A DNA stretch of 32,000 nt from Geobacter sulfurreducens PCA (GTDB lineage: Bacteria > Desulfobacterota > Desulfuromonadia > Geobacterales > Geobacteraceae), in assembly GCF_000007985.2 (NCBI RefSeq), contig NC_002939.5:2310001-2342000 (forward strand), written 5' to 3'. Positions 8,608-18,800 of the stretch are shown in pieces; position 1 is the stretch's first letter, and each line of letters begins with the position of its first letter. The notes beneath the pieces are model-generated. The model had not been told where the DNA came from, did not search any database, and saw only the letters and a list, made by a program, of their open reading frames with translations. The position numbers were made by a program, and so were the translations under genes.

Positions 8608-11205
8608 CTATATTGCCAGTTCGACCGGCACTCCAGTCAATGAGGCAAGCAGCAGCTGGGACTCACAATCAACGGCACGGATTTCGATATGCTCAAGCTT
8701 TTTGGTTTCTGAGATCATAATCGTGACGGAATTGGGCTTCCCATAGTCCACAACTATCTCCCGCGAGCCTTCCTCAAATCCATAGGCAGCCATAGCCGTA
8801 TGACCAACCTCATCCTTGCCGGAAAGAATTTCCAGACGGACCCGTTTCGCCACGTCCGTGAAAAGCCCTTCCGCCTCCAGACTCACTGTGACTGAGAAGA
8901 AGCGATTCGTGATCTTGGGTTTGGCCAGTTGAAGTTTCAGATTAACCGTGATAACAGCAGATCGTTTTGGAGCCTTCGCCGTCAGCCGGCACACCGGGAT
9001 GATCTGCTCCTGCAAGGACGCGCCGCCGTGGAAATACGAGCAACCGCCACCCGGGACCTTGAAGATTCCCAGGCCCTTGGGAAATGCCAGCTCAAGGGGA
9101 CCGCCCAGCTCAAGGTCGCTTGCATTGACCCGGAAGAAGCCATCCGCAGCAACGCCACCCTGTCCGATCCAGACCCGGTCATGAAGAGCTATCGTTTTGC
9201 CGCCCGGCGGATCCATCTTCAGCCCAGATTCAAGCGCTTCGGCAAAGATGAAGCCATGGTCTGCGGCAATGACAAGTTCCATTATCCCCGCCTGGACAAG
9301 GTTACGCAGTCCCCGGCGCAACTTTTCGAGCACCTCGTCCATGTAGAGACGGGTTTCCTCATCTTCCCCCCCCTCTTCACCATGCCGGTCGATCTCCTGA
9401 GAGGTCACGATGACCAGTTGTGCCTCTGCCAGCTCCCTTTTCCGTTTCGGCGTCAAGCGCACAATATCGCCGAGCTTGAATACCTTGGTCGGTGAATCAC
9501 TTTTCTCCTGAAACCAGGTCACGCGGGCCGAACGATCATTCACCGTCTCTCCCTGTACACAGACGCGCATCCGCCCCCCGACAGCTTCGAGCGCGAGCCC
9601 GTTCTCAGCTGCGGGAAGAAGGGCTGCCATTCCCACGGAAGTTATGCCGGGCAACTGCCCCAGTGCCGGTTCGAGATGTACCGTAAAATCCGCACTCAGG
9701 CCCTCGCAGAGTTCATCGGCCATTTCGTACCGTAGGGCGTCAACCAGAAAATAGGCCACTTTGCCACCATCTTTGAGGAGCGGCGCCACGGCATTCCTGA
9801 ATGTTTGTGACTGTTGGTCGAATCCCGCAGGGGTAAATCCTTCCCTCTCCAATGCCCCGCTGTACGCTTCCGCCAGCACCGCCAGGGTGTTCGCATACTC
9901 GACCCGGCATTGGTGCATCAATTCATCCATGCCAGCATCATCAGTAGAACCGAAGGTTTCGCAGCGGACATAGCGGCTTTCCAGGTGACGCGCATAACGA
10001 TCCAAGAGCATCCACGGCTCACCATGACGCGTATAAGCCGTTATCAGTTCTTCGGCAGTAAATTTGCGCCGTTTCAGAGCATCGCAAATCAAGCCTGATA
10101 CTTGGAGCAGCCTGGCCGCCACCTCAACGAGGGACCAACGCAGACTGATTTCGGGATAGACACGGCTCCAGAAAGAGGCTCTGCGCTCCTTGGCCAGAGC
10201 CAGCGGCGAGTCTGTGTCCCTCTGGGCCAAGTTGTTTCTTGCGGACAGCAACAGACGGTATTCGATGAAGGGAAATGTTTCGAGACCACGAAGCGCTTCT
10301 GTTGGAAAAACCGCCTTATCCAGCTGCGTCATTGCCTGGACGTTTTCGGCAGTCTCGCGGTAGGCTTCTTGGAGATCCAGGCGCTGCCGCCAGACATTCA
10401 GAACATGACGGATCGTGTCGAACTGGACTGGTTTCCGGGGGAGAGCAATGGTAGATAACGAGGGAGGAAAACCCTCTTCCGGTAGTCCCTGGATCAACTC
10501 GCACAGGAGCAGATGCCGGCGGATGGCCGTTCGCAGTTCCGTCGCCGTTGGTATCAGCTCGACATCCAGCCCAAGCTCTTCGCGGGCCACGACAGCCAGC
10601 TCGCTTAGGCTGTGCTTTTTCTCAAGCTTCACATCGAACTCATTCCCGGCCAAGAAGGAAAGGATCACATCCACCGGCGATGCTGCGCCGAATATGAGTT
10701 TGAGTGCCCCGGTGGTTACTGTACCCGCCTCCTCGGCCATCTGGTCGAGTTCCGCAAGTGTCAGCAAACCTTCTTCGGTCTGGCGTGCCACATGGGCCGC
10801 CTTTTCCGGGGCTACTCCGTTGAAGACCTGTTCAACCAGGCTAGAAAGCCGCGAATTACGATCCGCTGTCGGCGCGCCAGGCTCAACCACCGCTCCGACC
10901 GATTCAGCCTCGATGAGGGCAAAACCTGTTTCACTCCGTGACTTCGGGACATAGACAATCAGCTTGGGTGGCACGCCGCAATCGTCCTGGGGGCGGCCGT
11001 CTTCGGTGACGAACTCCAGGAACTGCTCCATCCGCTCCCGTAAGGGGAAGAAGCCATTTTCATAACACAGTACGGTCGTCTCCGGAATTTGCAGGCGTTT
11101 TGCCAAGCCGTCATAGACCTTCTCCGAGTCGTACCAGACGACGATCCCCCGCTCTTTGACTTGGCGGTTCAGCAATTCACAAACCTTGTCGGAAACCTTA
11201 CCCAT
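8608..11205 (-). CDS. pglZ: BREX alkaline-phosphatase-superfamily protein PglZ
   Basis: 865 aa. PglZ-domain block VAYFLVDALRYEMADEL...ITSVGMAALLP...IAADHGF. Position between pglX and brxL; 8-nt gap to brxL. Confidence 0.9.
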   Translation of the reverse strand: MGKVSDKVCELLNRQVKERGIVVWYDSEKVYDGLAKRLQIPETTVLCYENGFFPLRERMEQFLEFVTEDGRPQDDCGVPPKLIVYVPKSRSETGFALIEAESVGAVVEPGAPTADRNSRLSSLVEQVFNGVAPEKAAHVARQTEEGLLTLAELDQMAEEAGTVTTGALKLIFGAASPVDVILSFLAGNEFDVKLEKKHSLSELAVVAREELGLDVELIPTATELRTAIRRHLLLCELIQGLPEEGFPPSLSTIALPRKPVQFDTIRHVLNVWRQRLDLQEAYRETAENVQAMTQLDKAVFPTEALRGLETFPFIEYRLLLSARNNLAQRDTDSPLALAKERRASFWSRVYPEISLRWSLVEVAARLLQVSGLICDALKRRKFTAEELITAYTRHGEPWMLLDRYARHLESRYVRCETFGSTDDAGMDELMHQCRVEYANTLAVLAEAYSGALEREGFTPAGFDQQSQTFRNAVAPLLKDGGKVAYFLVDALRYEMADELCEGLSADFTVHLEPALGQLPGITSVGMAALLPAAENGLALEAVGGRMRVCVQGETVNDRSARVTWFQEKSDSPTKVFKLGDIVRLTPKRKRELAEAQLVIVTSQEIDRHGEEGGEDEETRLYMDEVLEKLRRGLRNLVQAGIMELVIAADHGFIFAEALESGLKMDPPGGKTIALHDRVWIGQGGVAADGFFRVNASDLELGGPLELAFPKGLGIFKVPGGGCSYFHGGASLQEQIIPVCRLTAKAPKRSAVITVNLKLQLAKPKITNRFFSVTVSLEAEGLFTDVAKRVRLEILSGKDEVGHTAMAAYGFEEGSREIVVDYGKPNSVTIMISETKKLEHIEIRAVDCESQLLLASLTGVPVELAI

Positions 11206-11220
11206 GCTCTCTGCCTCGGC

Positions 11221-14200
11221 TTACGCCAGCCCGTGGGCGATGGCGAATGACTTGTTCGTCTTGCACTTTTCCCGTACCCGTTCGGGCCAATGGTCCATGG
11301 CCTGTTGCGCCCAATCGTATTTCCCTTCGGCAAGCTCCTGCCAAGCCTTCTGAGTCTCCGGCCAGCTCGGCAGAAGAGTATGCAGTGGAGCTGCGTTGAG
11401 GAGCACCCCATCGTCGATATGTGGGGTGTATCCGGCCTGAAGGATGTCTTGAAGGTTTTTCGAAAAATCTCGCAGATCGTCGGAGAGCTCGAGGAGCTTG
11501 TCGAGTTCTTTCGCCACACTGCGATTGCTGGCTGCCACGATTCGTTTGTCGGCGATCTCCCGCTCCAGCATGCGCAGGCGCTCCTCTACCATTCTACGTA
11601 CTTCGAAGAGGGAGTTGGTGGTGAAGCGTTCCTGGAAAATCCAGACGGTGAATTTTCTTTTTGGCGACTGCAACGGCCAATAGATGGGGCGTTTGCGGTA
11701 GAGCTGGTAATGATAGCGCCAGTACGAAACCTCTGGCTGACCAGTGAAGCGATCCAGGAAGCCGCGCAGAAGGTTCTCCGGCACGCCGTCGCCGCCGGTG
11801 GCTGCACGGACGAGCCTCCGCGCAGTATCCTCCCCACGCATGAGTTCCAGAATTCGCAGAGTCCGAGACACGATGTCCTGGGGATGGCCGGCGTCCGAAG
11901 GCATGATCCCGTCAGAGTCGATGAGGGCGCTGATGGCGGCAATGGTCGCAGCATCAAAGTTTCCTCGCCCCAAGCCCTCGGGCTCGCCAATCCGGTATCT
12001 GCCAAGGGCCATGCCGAAAGCATAACTCACCCAGGCGCGGGCAAGCGATAAGTCGGTCCACGCCCCTGCGACGGTTTCCTCTTCTTCCTCTGTATCACCT
12101 TCTTCTTCATTATTATCTTCAGCTACAGCCTTTATTCCCTCCAGTTCGGTTTTGAGGGCAAGACGGTCCGCTTCATCCAGACCGTAGAGGCGAGTGACCT
12201 CCTGGTCAATCTCCTCCTCGATTCGTCGCAAGCGGGCATGTCTCTCGTCTACTTCCGTTACACAAAGCGGCGGGTGAATAAAGTCGTAGGTCCGTTCGCT
12301 GTCGGAGCTGTCCTTTTGAGCCAATGATACTGATTCTTCAACTTTAGCTTCTAGGTCCTTGGAAGACTTGCTGGGGATTGGCAGGCGTTCGATATCACCT
12401 ACTTGAAAGGAAATGGTGGGATTCAAGGCGCTCAGGATAAACTTCGCTGTGGTCGAGTTAAAAATGCCAAGGACTTCATTGAGCGATTCGTCACTCGGAT
12501 AGCACGTCATGCCTTTTACATCATGAATAAACCCACCTGGGGATAACCGCCCTGCAAAACCTTTGGGGCTTACATCGCTCCACGTCACGCCTTTTCGGAA
12601 ATAGAAGGTGGGGTTTCTAACAACTGCCCTGGGACAGAAGGCCCGTATTTCAACACCATCCATCTTCCAGTTAACAACATGTTCATGATTCCCATTCCAA
12701 GGGATGGGTGCTCCGCCTTTCATATAAGGAATCCATTTAACTCCAGAACGCTTGGTGTCTGAGCATGAAGTCGCATTTCTGGCAATATGATTCACCCCAA
12801 TTTCCCACCATTTGCGGAGGAAACGCGTATTATCCCCTGTCTGAAGACCAACCTTGGGTGGGGCAACAACGGAAAGGAGGCGACCTTGGCGGAAAAGCTC
12901 CTGAATCTTTTCAGGCATCCAATAAACCCAGGGCTTTTCTGGTATGGTGTCGTAGTCAATTTGGCGGTAGGTGAAGACAATTGGAGTGGTCATGCCTGAA
13001 CGCATAGCGGAGACTGCACCCTCAAAAGCTATTTGCTTGGCTACAGCATCCCTCTCGCGCACTAGGCGGAAGTACACCCCACAGTGCTCCTCCAGCGACT
13101 TTCCATCCGGCTCACGCCGAATAACGAAGGCAGTTGTATTGACTTTCTCTCCAGTAATATTGGGAAAGGCTTTAGGCCCCAGATGCGCCATCGTCTCAAC
13201 AGTCACTCTAGAAAGTAGGTTGCTTCGGAATTTCTCATAAGTCCCGATGAACATGAACGATTGCTGCGTTACCATGGCCACCTTTCCCTGTGGTGCAACC
13301 AATTCCAAACATCGGGCAATGAAGGCGGCGTATAGGTCACCCTTCGTTTCAGGGTAATGTTTATCAAGATGCTTAGCGATGACATCGGACATGTTCCGGC
13401 GGCTCATATAGGGCGGATTGGTCGCTACAACATCATAATGGTGAGAGACCAACTGCATGTATCGCAATCCTTTGGCAGCTTCGTTTACAATATGGCCAGG
13501 GTCGCCTCCCATCTCTCGTGACGCACGAACAAAAAAGTCAAGATGCCGCAGCAACTGATCAGAGAGGAGATCAAAAAACTCCTCAATGCCTGCTTGGGTA
13601 TCAAATTGCTCTGGCGATATCCCGGGAAATGAGAGAAGAAACTGCTTATTTTCTTCCGCCTTACGGCGTTCTTCGATCACCAGTCTCTCCAGACTCCTCT
13701 CCAAACGGAGGAGACTACCAAGCTGGTCCGAATCCTTCATCTCAGCGGCAAGGGTCCGGAGAACACGTTCATAGATGGGGTGACTGAATTTAGCAGCAGC
13801 AATGAGAGTCTCAAGCTTGCCGCCGCTGGTTTGTTCGACGTTCGCACAGGCAAGATTACGGTCAGTAAAGGCACATTTGGGGCTTAAAGTTCGCGCACGC
13901 AATAAGAGTGTAAGAGCGGAAATCTGGACGGAACGAAGGTCGATATCAATCCCATGCAGATTATGAGCAATGATACTGCTCGCAATTTCATCTTCAGCAT
14001 TAACGGAAGGGTTCTCCGGCCAGCCGGGCTGTCCCGCCTTTTCAAATTCCTCACGATACATCTCAGCGAAGAGGTCGAATGCTACCAGACCGAAATGCAT
14101 TGACCCGCATGAGGGGTCAAGGAATGTAATATCACGTACCAGCTTCAGCGGATGGGCTTGAGAGTTCTCTATTGGCACGAGGTAAGAGAGCGAATCCTTG

Positions 14201-15033
14201 AGCCTACTGTCAGGATGCATCTCAGCCCATAATCGTCCCAGCGAGTTTTCCACCAGAAACCGAACGATCCAGCGAGGGGTGAACCGCTGAGTCGCCGCGC
14301 CGATTTCCTCGGCAATGACCTTTTTCCCTTTGCTGAATTTCTTAAAGACAGCCTCGTTTTCATCTTCAATAAAGCCTTCATAAACCCACCCGAGGGTTTC
14401 CTCATTACCCGGTTTCCAAGCTTCTATACGGGCTTCGGTGTTCATGGATTCAGCGAGTTGCTTGACAATCGCTGGCCGGGGGAAGAGGCGGGTAGGAAGT
14501 GTGGATGGGTCAAAGAGCACGGACACATCGCGGGCAAGCTCGCCGCACTGCCAGAGGATGAATCGGCGATACGCCACGTTGCTGGGGCCTTCACCCATTG
14601 GGTTAAGCGGCAGGTCGCCTTGCTGATGCAGCTTGTAAACCTCTTCATTTCCTTCAGCAGTGAGCCAGAAGATGAATCCATTGGACTTGTCTATTTTGGC
14701 AACAATTTGCTTCAAGAGCTTGCGCTCTTCAAGGAGGCGGAAGGCAACGAGGCGGTTTAGCCAGGTGAAGGCAGTCTCGCGGACGATCTTGCGACGGGAA
14801 TCAACAGAAGAAAAACCGGCAGCTTTTTCTTCCTCTGCATAGTGTTCCAGTTGGAGGCGCGTTTCTCGGGCCTCGTCAAGCTGATGAATAGCCGGATAAC
14901 GGGATGCATCGGCAAAGGAACCGTCGGGCAACCAGCCGTAGATACCTTGAAGTTGCTCATCGGTCTCCCGCTCAAGAAGAGCACGATTTGCAAGGGTGAA
15001 TTTCTGTATGTCGGCAACGAAAGTATCGTTCAT
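11221..15033 (-). CDS. pglX: BREX adenine-specific DNA methyltransferase PglX
   Basis: 1270 aa. SAM-binding motif I-like FLDPSCGSMHFG and catalytic motif IV VATNPPYM. Size and position are typical of type 1 BREX PglX. Confidence 0.93.
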   Translation of the reverse strand: MNDTFVADIQKFTLANRALLERETDEQLQGIYGWLPDGSFADASRYPAIHQLDEARETRLQLEHYAEEEKAAGFSSVDSRRKIVRETAFTWLNRLVAFRLLEERKLLKQIVAKIDKSNGFIFWLTAEGNEEVYKLHQQGDLPLNPMGEGPSNVAYRRFILWQCGELARDVSVLFDPSTLPTRLFPRPAIVKQLAESMNTEARIEAWKPGNEETLGWVYEGFIEDENEAVFKKFSKGKKVIAEEIGAATQRFTPRWIVRFLVENSLGRLWAEMHPDSRLKDSLSYLVPIENSQAHPLKLVRDITFLDPSCGSMHFGLVAFDLFAEMYREEFEKAGQPGWPENPSVNAEDEIASSIIAHNLHGIDIDLRSVQISALTLLLRARTLSPKCAFTDRNLACANVEQTSGGKLETLIAAAKFSHPIYERVLRTLAAEMKDSDQLGSLLRLERSLERLVIEERRKAEENKQFLLSFPGISPEQFDTQAGIEEFFDLLSDQLLRHLDFFVRASREMGGDPGHIVNEAAKGLRYMQLVSHHYDVVATNPPYMSRRNMSDVIAKHLDKHYPETKGDLYAAFIARCLELVAPQGKVAMVTQQSFMFIGTYEKFRSNLLSRVTVETMAHLGPKAFPNITGEKVNTTAFVIRREPDGKSLEEHCGVYFRLVRERDAVAKQIAFEGAVSAMRSGMTTPIVFTYRQIDYDTIPEKPWVYWMPEKIQELFRQGRLLSVVAPPKVGLQTGDNTRFLRKWWEIGVNHIARNATSCSDTKRSGVKWIPYMKGGAPIPWNGNHEHVVNWKMDGVEIRAFCPRAVVRNPTFYFRKGVTWSDVSPKGFAGRLSPGGFIHDVKGMTCYPSDESLNEVLGIFNSTTAKFILSALNPTISFQVGDIERLPIPSKSSKDLEAKVEESVSLAQKDSSDSERTYDFIHPPLCVTEVDERHARLRRIEEEIDQEVTRLYGLDEADRLALKTELEGIKAVAEDNNEEEGDTEEEEETVAGAWTDLSLARAWVSYAFGMALGRYRIGEPEGLGRGNFDAATIAAISALIDSDGIMPSDAGHPQDIVSRTLRILELMRGEDTARRLVRAATGGDGVPENLLRGFLDRFTGQPEVSYWRYHYQLYRKRPIYWPLQSPKRKFTVWIFQERFTTNSLFEVRRMVEERLRMLEREIADKRIVAASNRSVAKELDKLLELSDDLRDFSKNLQDILQAGYTPHIDDGVLLNAAPLHTLLPSWPETQKAWQELAEGKYDWAQQAMDHWPERVREKCKTNKSFAIAHGLA

Positions 15034-15044
15034 GGCGGTCCCAT

Positions 15045-15884
15045 TCAGGTTGATGATAGCGTTGCCTGTGCAAGCTTTTGTTCTTCACGTTGTGAAATTA
15101 TCAGTTCCAGCTGTTCGATGGCCTTTTTGAAGACATCTGAACTGGCTGAAACAAAAGATTGAGCAGTAGTTACATGGGTATTCGCCCACGCGTAGGACAT
15201 TATTCTAAGCCCGTGAGCATCAATATCCTCTGGAGGAGTTGAATCATCAGGACGGTCAGCACGATGGACAATCAGATTGCGACGTAGAACGAGACCATTG
15301 AGTCTACCCCTAAGCTCAGTGGCTTGGACGCCAGTCAGCTTAGTAATTTCACCCCAGAAATCGCGAACAACAAAAATTTTGGCAATCTCATCTATCTTGC
15401 TAGTGTCATACAACGTTCCTCTTTCAAAGCGGTTCAGGATTATCTGCTGCAACCTAACATCTGGATCTCCATATCCTTCTAAAGACAAATAATCATCCAG
15501 AGTCAGGGTAATATTTCGAAGTGATTCATCTGCTTTGCGACCCTTTGCACGAATAATGGTCAATACGTTTTCCCGCAAGACATCCCAAAAGAAGGATTCC
15601 AGAGCAGCACTTGCGACGAGAACAGCCTGACGAAGAAGAAAATTCAGCCCTTCATTGGCGGTAAGGCATGATGGTAGAGGTACAGTTGCCTTTACACTGC
15701 AAAGTAAATTGTCATTTTTCGCATGGTGCAAGGCTGAACCTGATGCCAGCTCCAAACGCTCACAAACTGCCAACTCAAAAGGCTTACCAGGATCATATGG
15801 ACGAAGGTCCCTGAAAAGCTGGTAGAGTTGGAGTAGATGTTCTGCTATCGCAAAATTCTGAATAGCCAGATCATAGGCGCGCAT
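15045..15884 (-). CDS. extra BREX-embedded protein with R-x4-H (HEPN-like) motif; function unknown
   Basis: 279 aa, ATG start, same strand. Gaps are 7 nt from the brxC stop and 11 nt to the pglX start. RRNLIVHRAD at aa 201-210 (nt 15255-15284) fits the HEPN Rx4-6H signature. Visibly more AT-rich than brxC. Confidence 0.8.
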   Translation of the reverse strand: MRAYDLAIQNFAIAEHLLQLYQLFRDLRPYDPGKPFELAVCERLELASGSALHHAKNDNLLCSVKATVPLPSCLTANEGLNFLLRQAVLVASAALESFFWDVLRENVLTIIRAKGRKADESLRNITLTLDDYLSLEGYGDPDVRLQQIILNRFERGTLYDTSKIDEIAKIFVVRDFWGEITKLTGVQATELRGRLNGLVLRRNLIVHRADRPDDSTPPEDIDAHGLRIMSYAWANTHVTTAQSFVSASSDVFKKAIEQLELIISQREEQKLAQATLSST

Positions 15885-15891
15885 ACCGTCC

Positions 15892-18800
15892 TCACTCCAG
15901 GATTATGGTTCCGCCCTGGGCGAGGACTTTGGAAAGGCGCTCCCGCAGGTTAGTGATGAAATCCTCCAACTCATCCTTGCTGGTGATGCGACCGGGATAA
16001 AGCCTGGCCACCGCGACCCGCTCAATCTTTTCTTCCGGAGCAGCCAGTTCCAGGATGCGACGAAGCACGTCTCTGCCGACTGCCTCCACCGCAGCCAGGT
16101 CGCTCTCCAGCTGGGCCAGGGTGGCGCCGGTCCGTTGACATACCGTAGCCCCATGGGGAAGGTCGAGAACAGCCTCAGCCTTCAGGGTCAGCGGCTGGAG
16201 AATAAGGTCCAGCTGTTCCTGTGCGATATCGGGGTCTTCGGCAACGGCGAGCCATTCGGGACGCCCCTTGATCTGGTCAAGAGCTGCTGTGTAGGCAGCT
16301 TTGCGCTTTTCAAACAGGTTCTCGTACAACGTTCGGTAGGCATTGCTGAGAGATTCACTGTAAAAGCGGAGGTTATCGATCCGGGCAAGGGCATCTTCCG
16401 ACTGTAACGTCTCACCCAGTTTTTCGGCCGCATCCTTCAGCTCTGGATCGTCATTATTCAGGACGAGAACAGGCCATTGTTCCATCAAAACCCGTCGGGC
16501 TCGTGCTATGGCCTGGATATTTTCATCGGTGGCCGCTTTATCCAATGCAAAAGACTGCCGACGCCCCTCAAGATAAGCCTTGCCATCGCCTGCCAGGGTT
16601 TTCACGCAGTCATCGGCGGGCATCTCCAGAATACCCTCGACCCAATTAAGCTGTTCCTGCACAATCTTGGCACCGGGCAAACTGAGAGCGCCCAGGCGGG
16701 CGGCCAGAGGGAGGAGCTTTTCGCGGTCGGAAACTACAATCTGCTTGAATGCCTGGGCAATCGCCCCCTCCTCGATATCCACATCCCTACCGGAGATTTC
16801 TTCATACATCCGCGCTGCATTGGCTAGGACTTTGAGATCGAGCGCCTCACGCGGTGAAAAAGAAGCAGACCGAAACGCAGGATTGTTCACGAACGGGACT
16901 CGCGAGGTCGGCTCGGTATAGTTACGGTATTTGCGTCCCTGATGGGTAACCTCTATGGCGCCGCCGCGGAAAAGGATGGCAAGTCCCAGGCGGATGGACT
17001 CCCGCTCCCAGGCGTAGCCGAGGCCGCTGAAGTGGGACTCCAGCATTTTTCCGGTTATCCGGTTGCCGTATGCATGTTCACGCTTCAGGTAGTCGAGAAG
17101 TTCCCGACAGAGCTCGCAGCCAAGGTTAGGCACAAAGCGGTCGGCCTGCTTTATGACGAGGCTCCGCTCGGCCTTGTCGTGGTAGAAGATCTGAGGAAGG
17201 CCGTTGAGGTTAGCTGAAGTGAGAAACTTCACCGGCTCATCGCCGTTGAGCCTGAGCACCCCGACCTCCAGTTTCGGGTAGAGGACCGGTACCGCCCTCT
17301 CAAGCAGCGTACCAAGGGACTCGGAAAGGGACGAACCGAGTACCGGGGCGTCGTAGCTGACTCCGCTGAAGAAGGCGTTCCCCCCCTCGATGCAGGCGAG
17401 AAGCTTGGAGCGAAGATTTCTTTGGGTACGATCGCGCCGGCTTTTTTCATCAGCGAGACAGCCGGTCTCCTCAACCGTCAGACGCTGCTGTGCTGCGAGC
17501 CGGTCATATTCCCCGATCATCTCTCGCGAACGGAAGAGCTCAGTTACGAGGGAGTTGATTTCGTCGGTGAGCGTTGCCACCCAGAACAGCTCAGTTGTTT
17601 TGGAGACGCTCGCCTCGCGGGCGTCGACCAGGGTATCCTGATGCTCCTCCCTGGCCGTAAGGAGGATGTTGAGCGGAATTTCCCCCTCTGACTCCACCCA
17701 CTCGCCATTGACAAGTAAGCTGGTGCGGAAGCCACGGAGGTCCTTGTAGCGGTAGGTACGCAGTTTCGGCTCAGAAAAAATCTCGCGAATCAACTCTCGA
17801 TGAATTCGGTTGCGATCGGCCTCACGAGGGTCGCGCCCGTTGCGTTGCGTTTCCCAGTTCTTCTCCTGAACGGTGAGAAGTTTGTACCCTTCCTCGGATT
17901 GGCGGATAAACTGCGCTTCTTCAAGCTCCTTGAGGGCAGCCACCACGTCTTTGGTCAGTGGGTTTGCTTCTATGGACGGATGGAGCACAACCGCGATGTT
18001 ATGGGGAGTCCTTGGCAGGTCCTTGACGGACTCAAGGAGTGCGATCGCCTTCACGACCTTATGGGCAAGCGGGTTACCCGGCAATCGCTGGGCAACGTTG
18101 GCCACCTCGCGGGAGACCTCGGTGGGGAGCAGATTGCCGACCTCCAGCAGTTCATAGACCTTGTCCAGCGTGACGAGCGTACCGATGGGCTGCTCGGCCA
18201 GGCGCGTGCGGTCATTGATCATCATCTGCTGGGCCTGCTTGATGATCGTCCGGTTGCTGCCGCCGACGTGCCGATGGGCGCCCCGCTTGAGGCGCAACCC
18301 GGCAACGATGTCGATACATAGATCGATCTGGTAGGGCAGATAAGGATAGAGCCTGACAAAGGATGATCGATTGATTTCCAGGTTCCGATGGGTGCGTTCC
18401 AGAGTGCAGCACTGCTTGATTCTGGGTTCATCGGCATCGAAACGTTTACCGATGAGGTCCACCGCTCCGGCCTTTTTCTTCAAGACACGTTCGCTGGTGA
18501 CTTCGGTTATGTCGGATTGCTTGAGATCCACCGTGATACGGAAACGGTCCTGGAGACGCGCCAACTCGATTTTTTTGGAGTCGAGGGCCGTGACCACTTC
18601 GTTCAGCTTTTCCTGCGAAGTGACGACGATCCAGAATGGCGAAACAGCCTCCTGGCGTTCGGTCCGGTTTTTCCCTTCGACGCCAAATGCCTGGATAATT
18701 GCCTGAAGATCGAGCATCTTGTCCACACTGCGAGAAACATACTGTCCCACCTCGTCGATTATGAAGATAAGGGCCTTGCCAGGATGGCGGCGCGCACACA

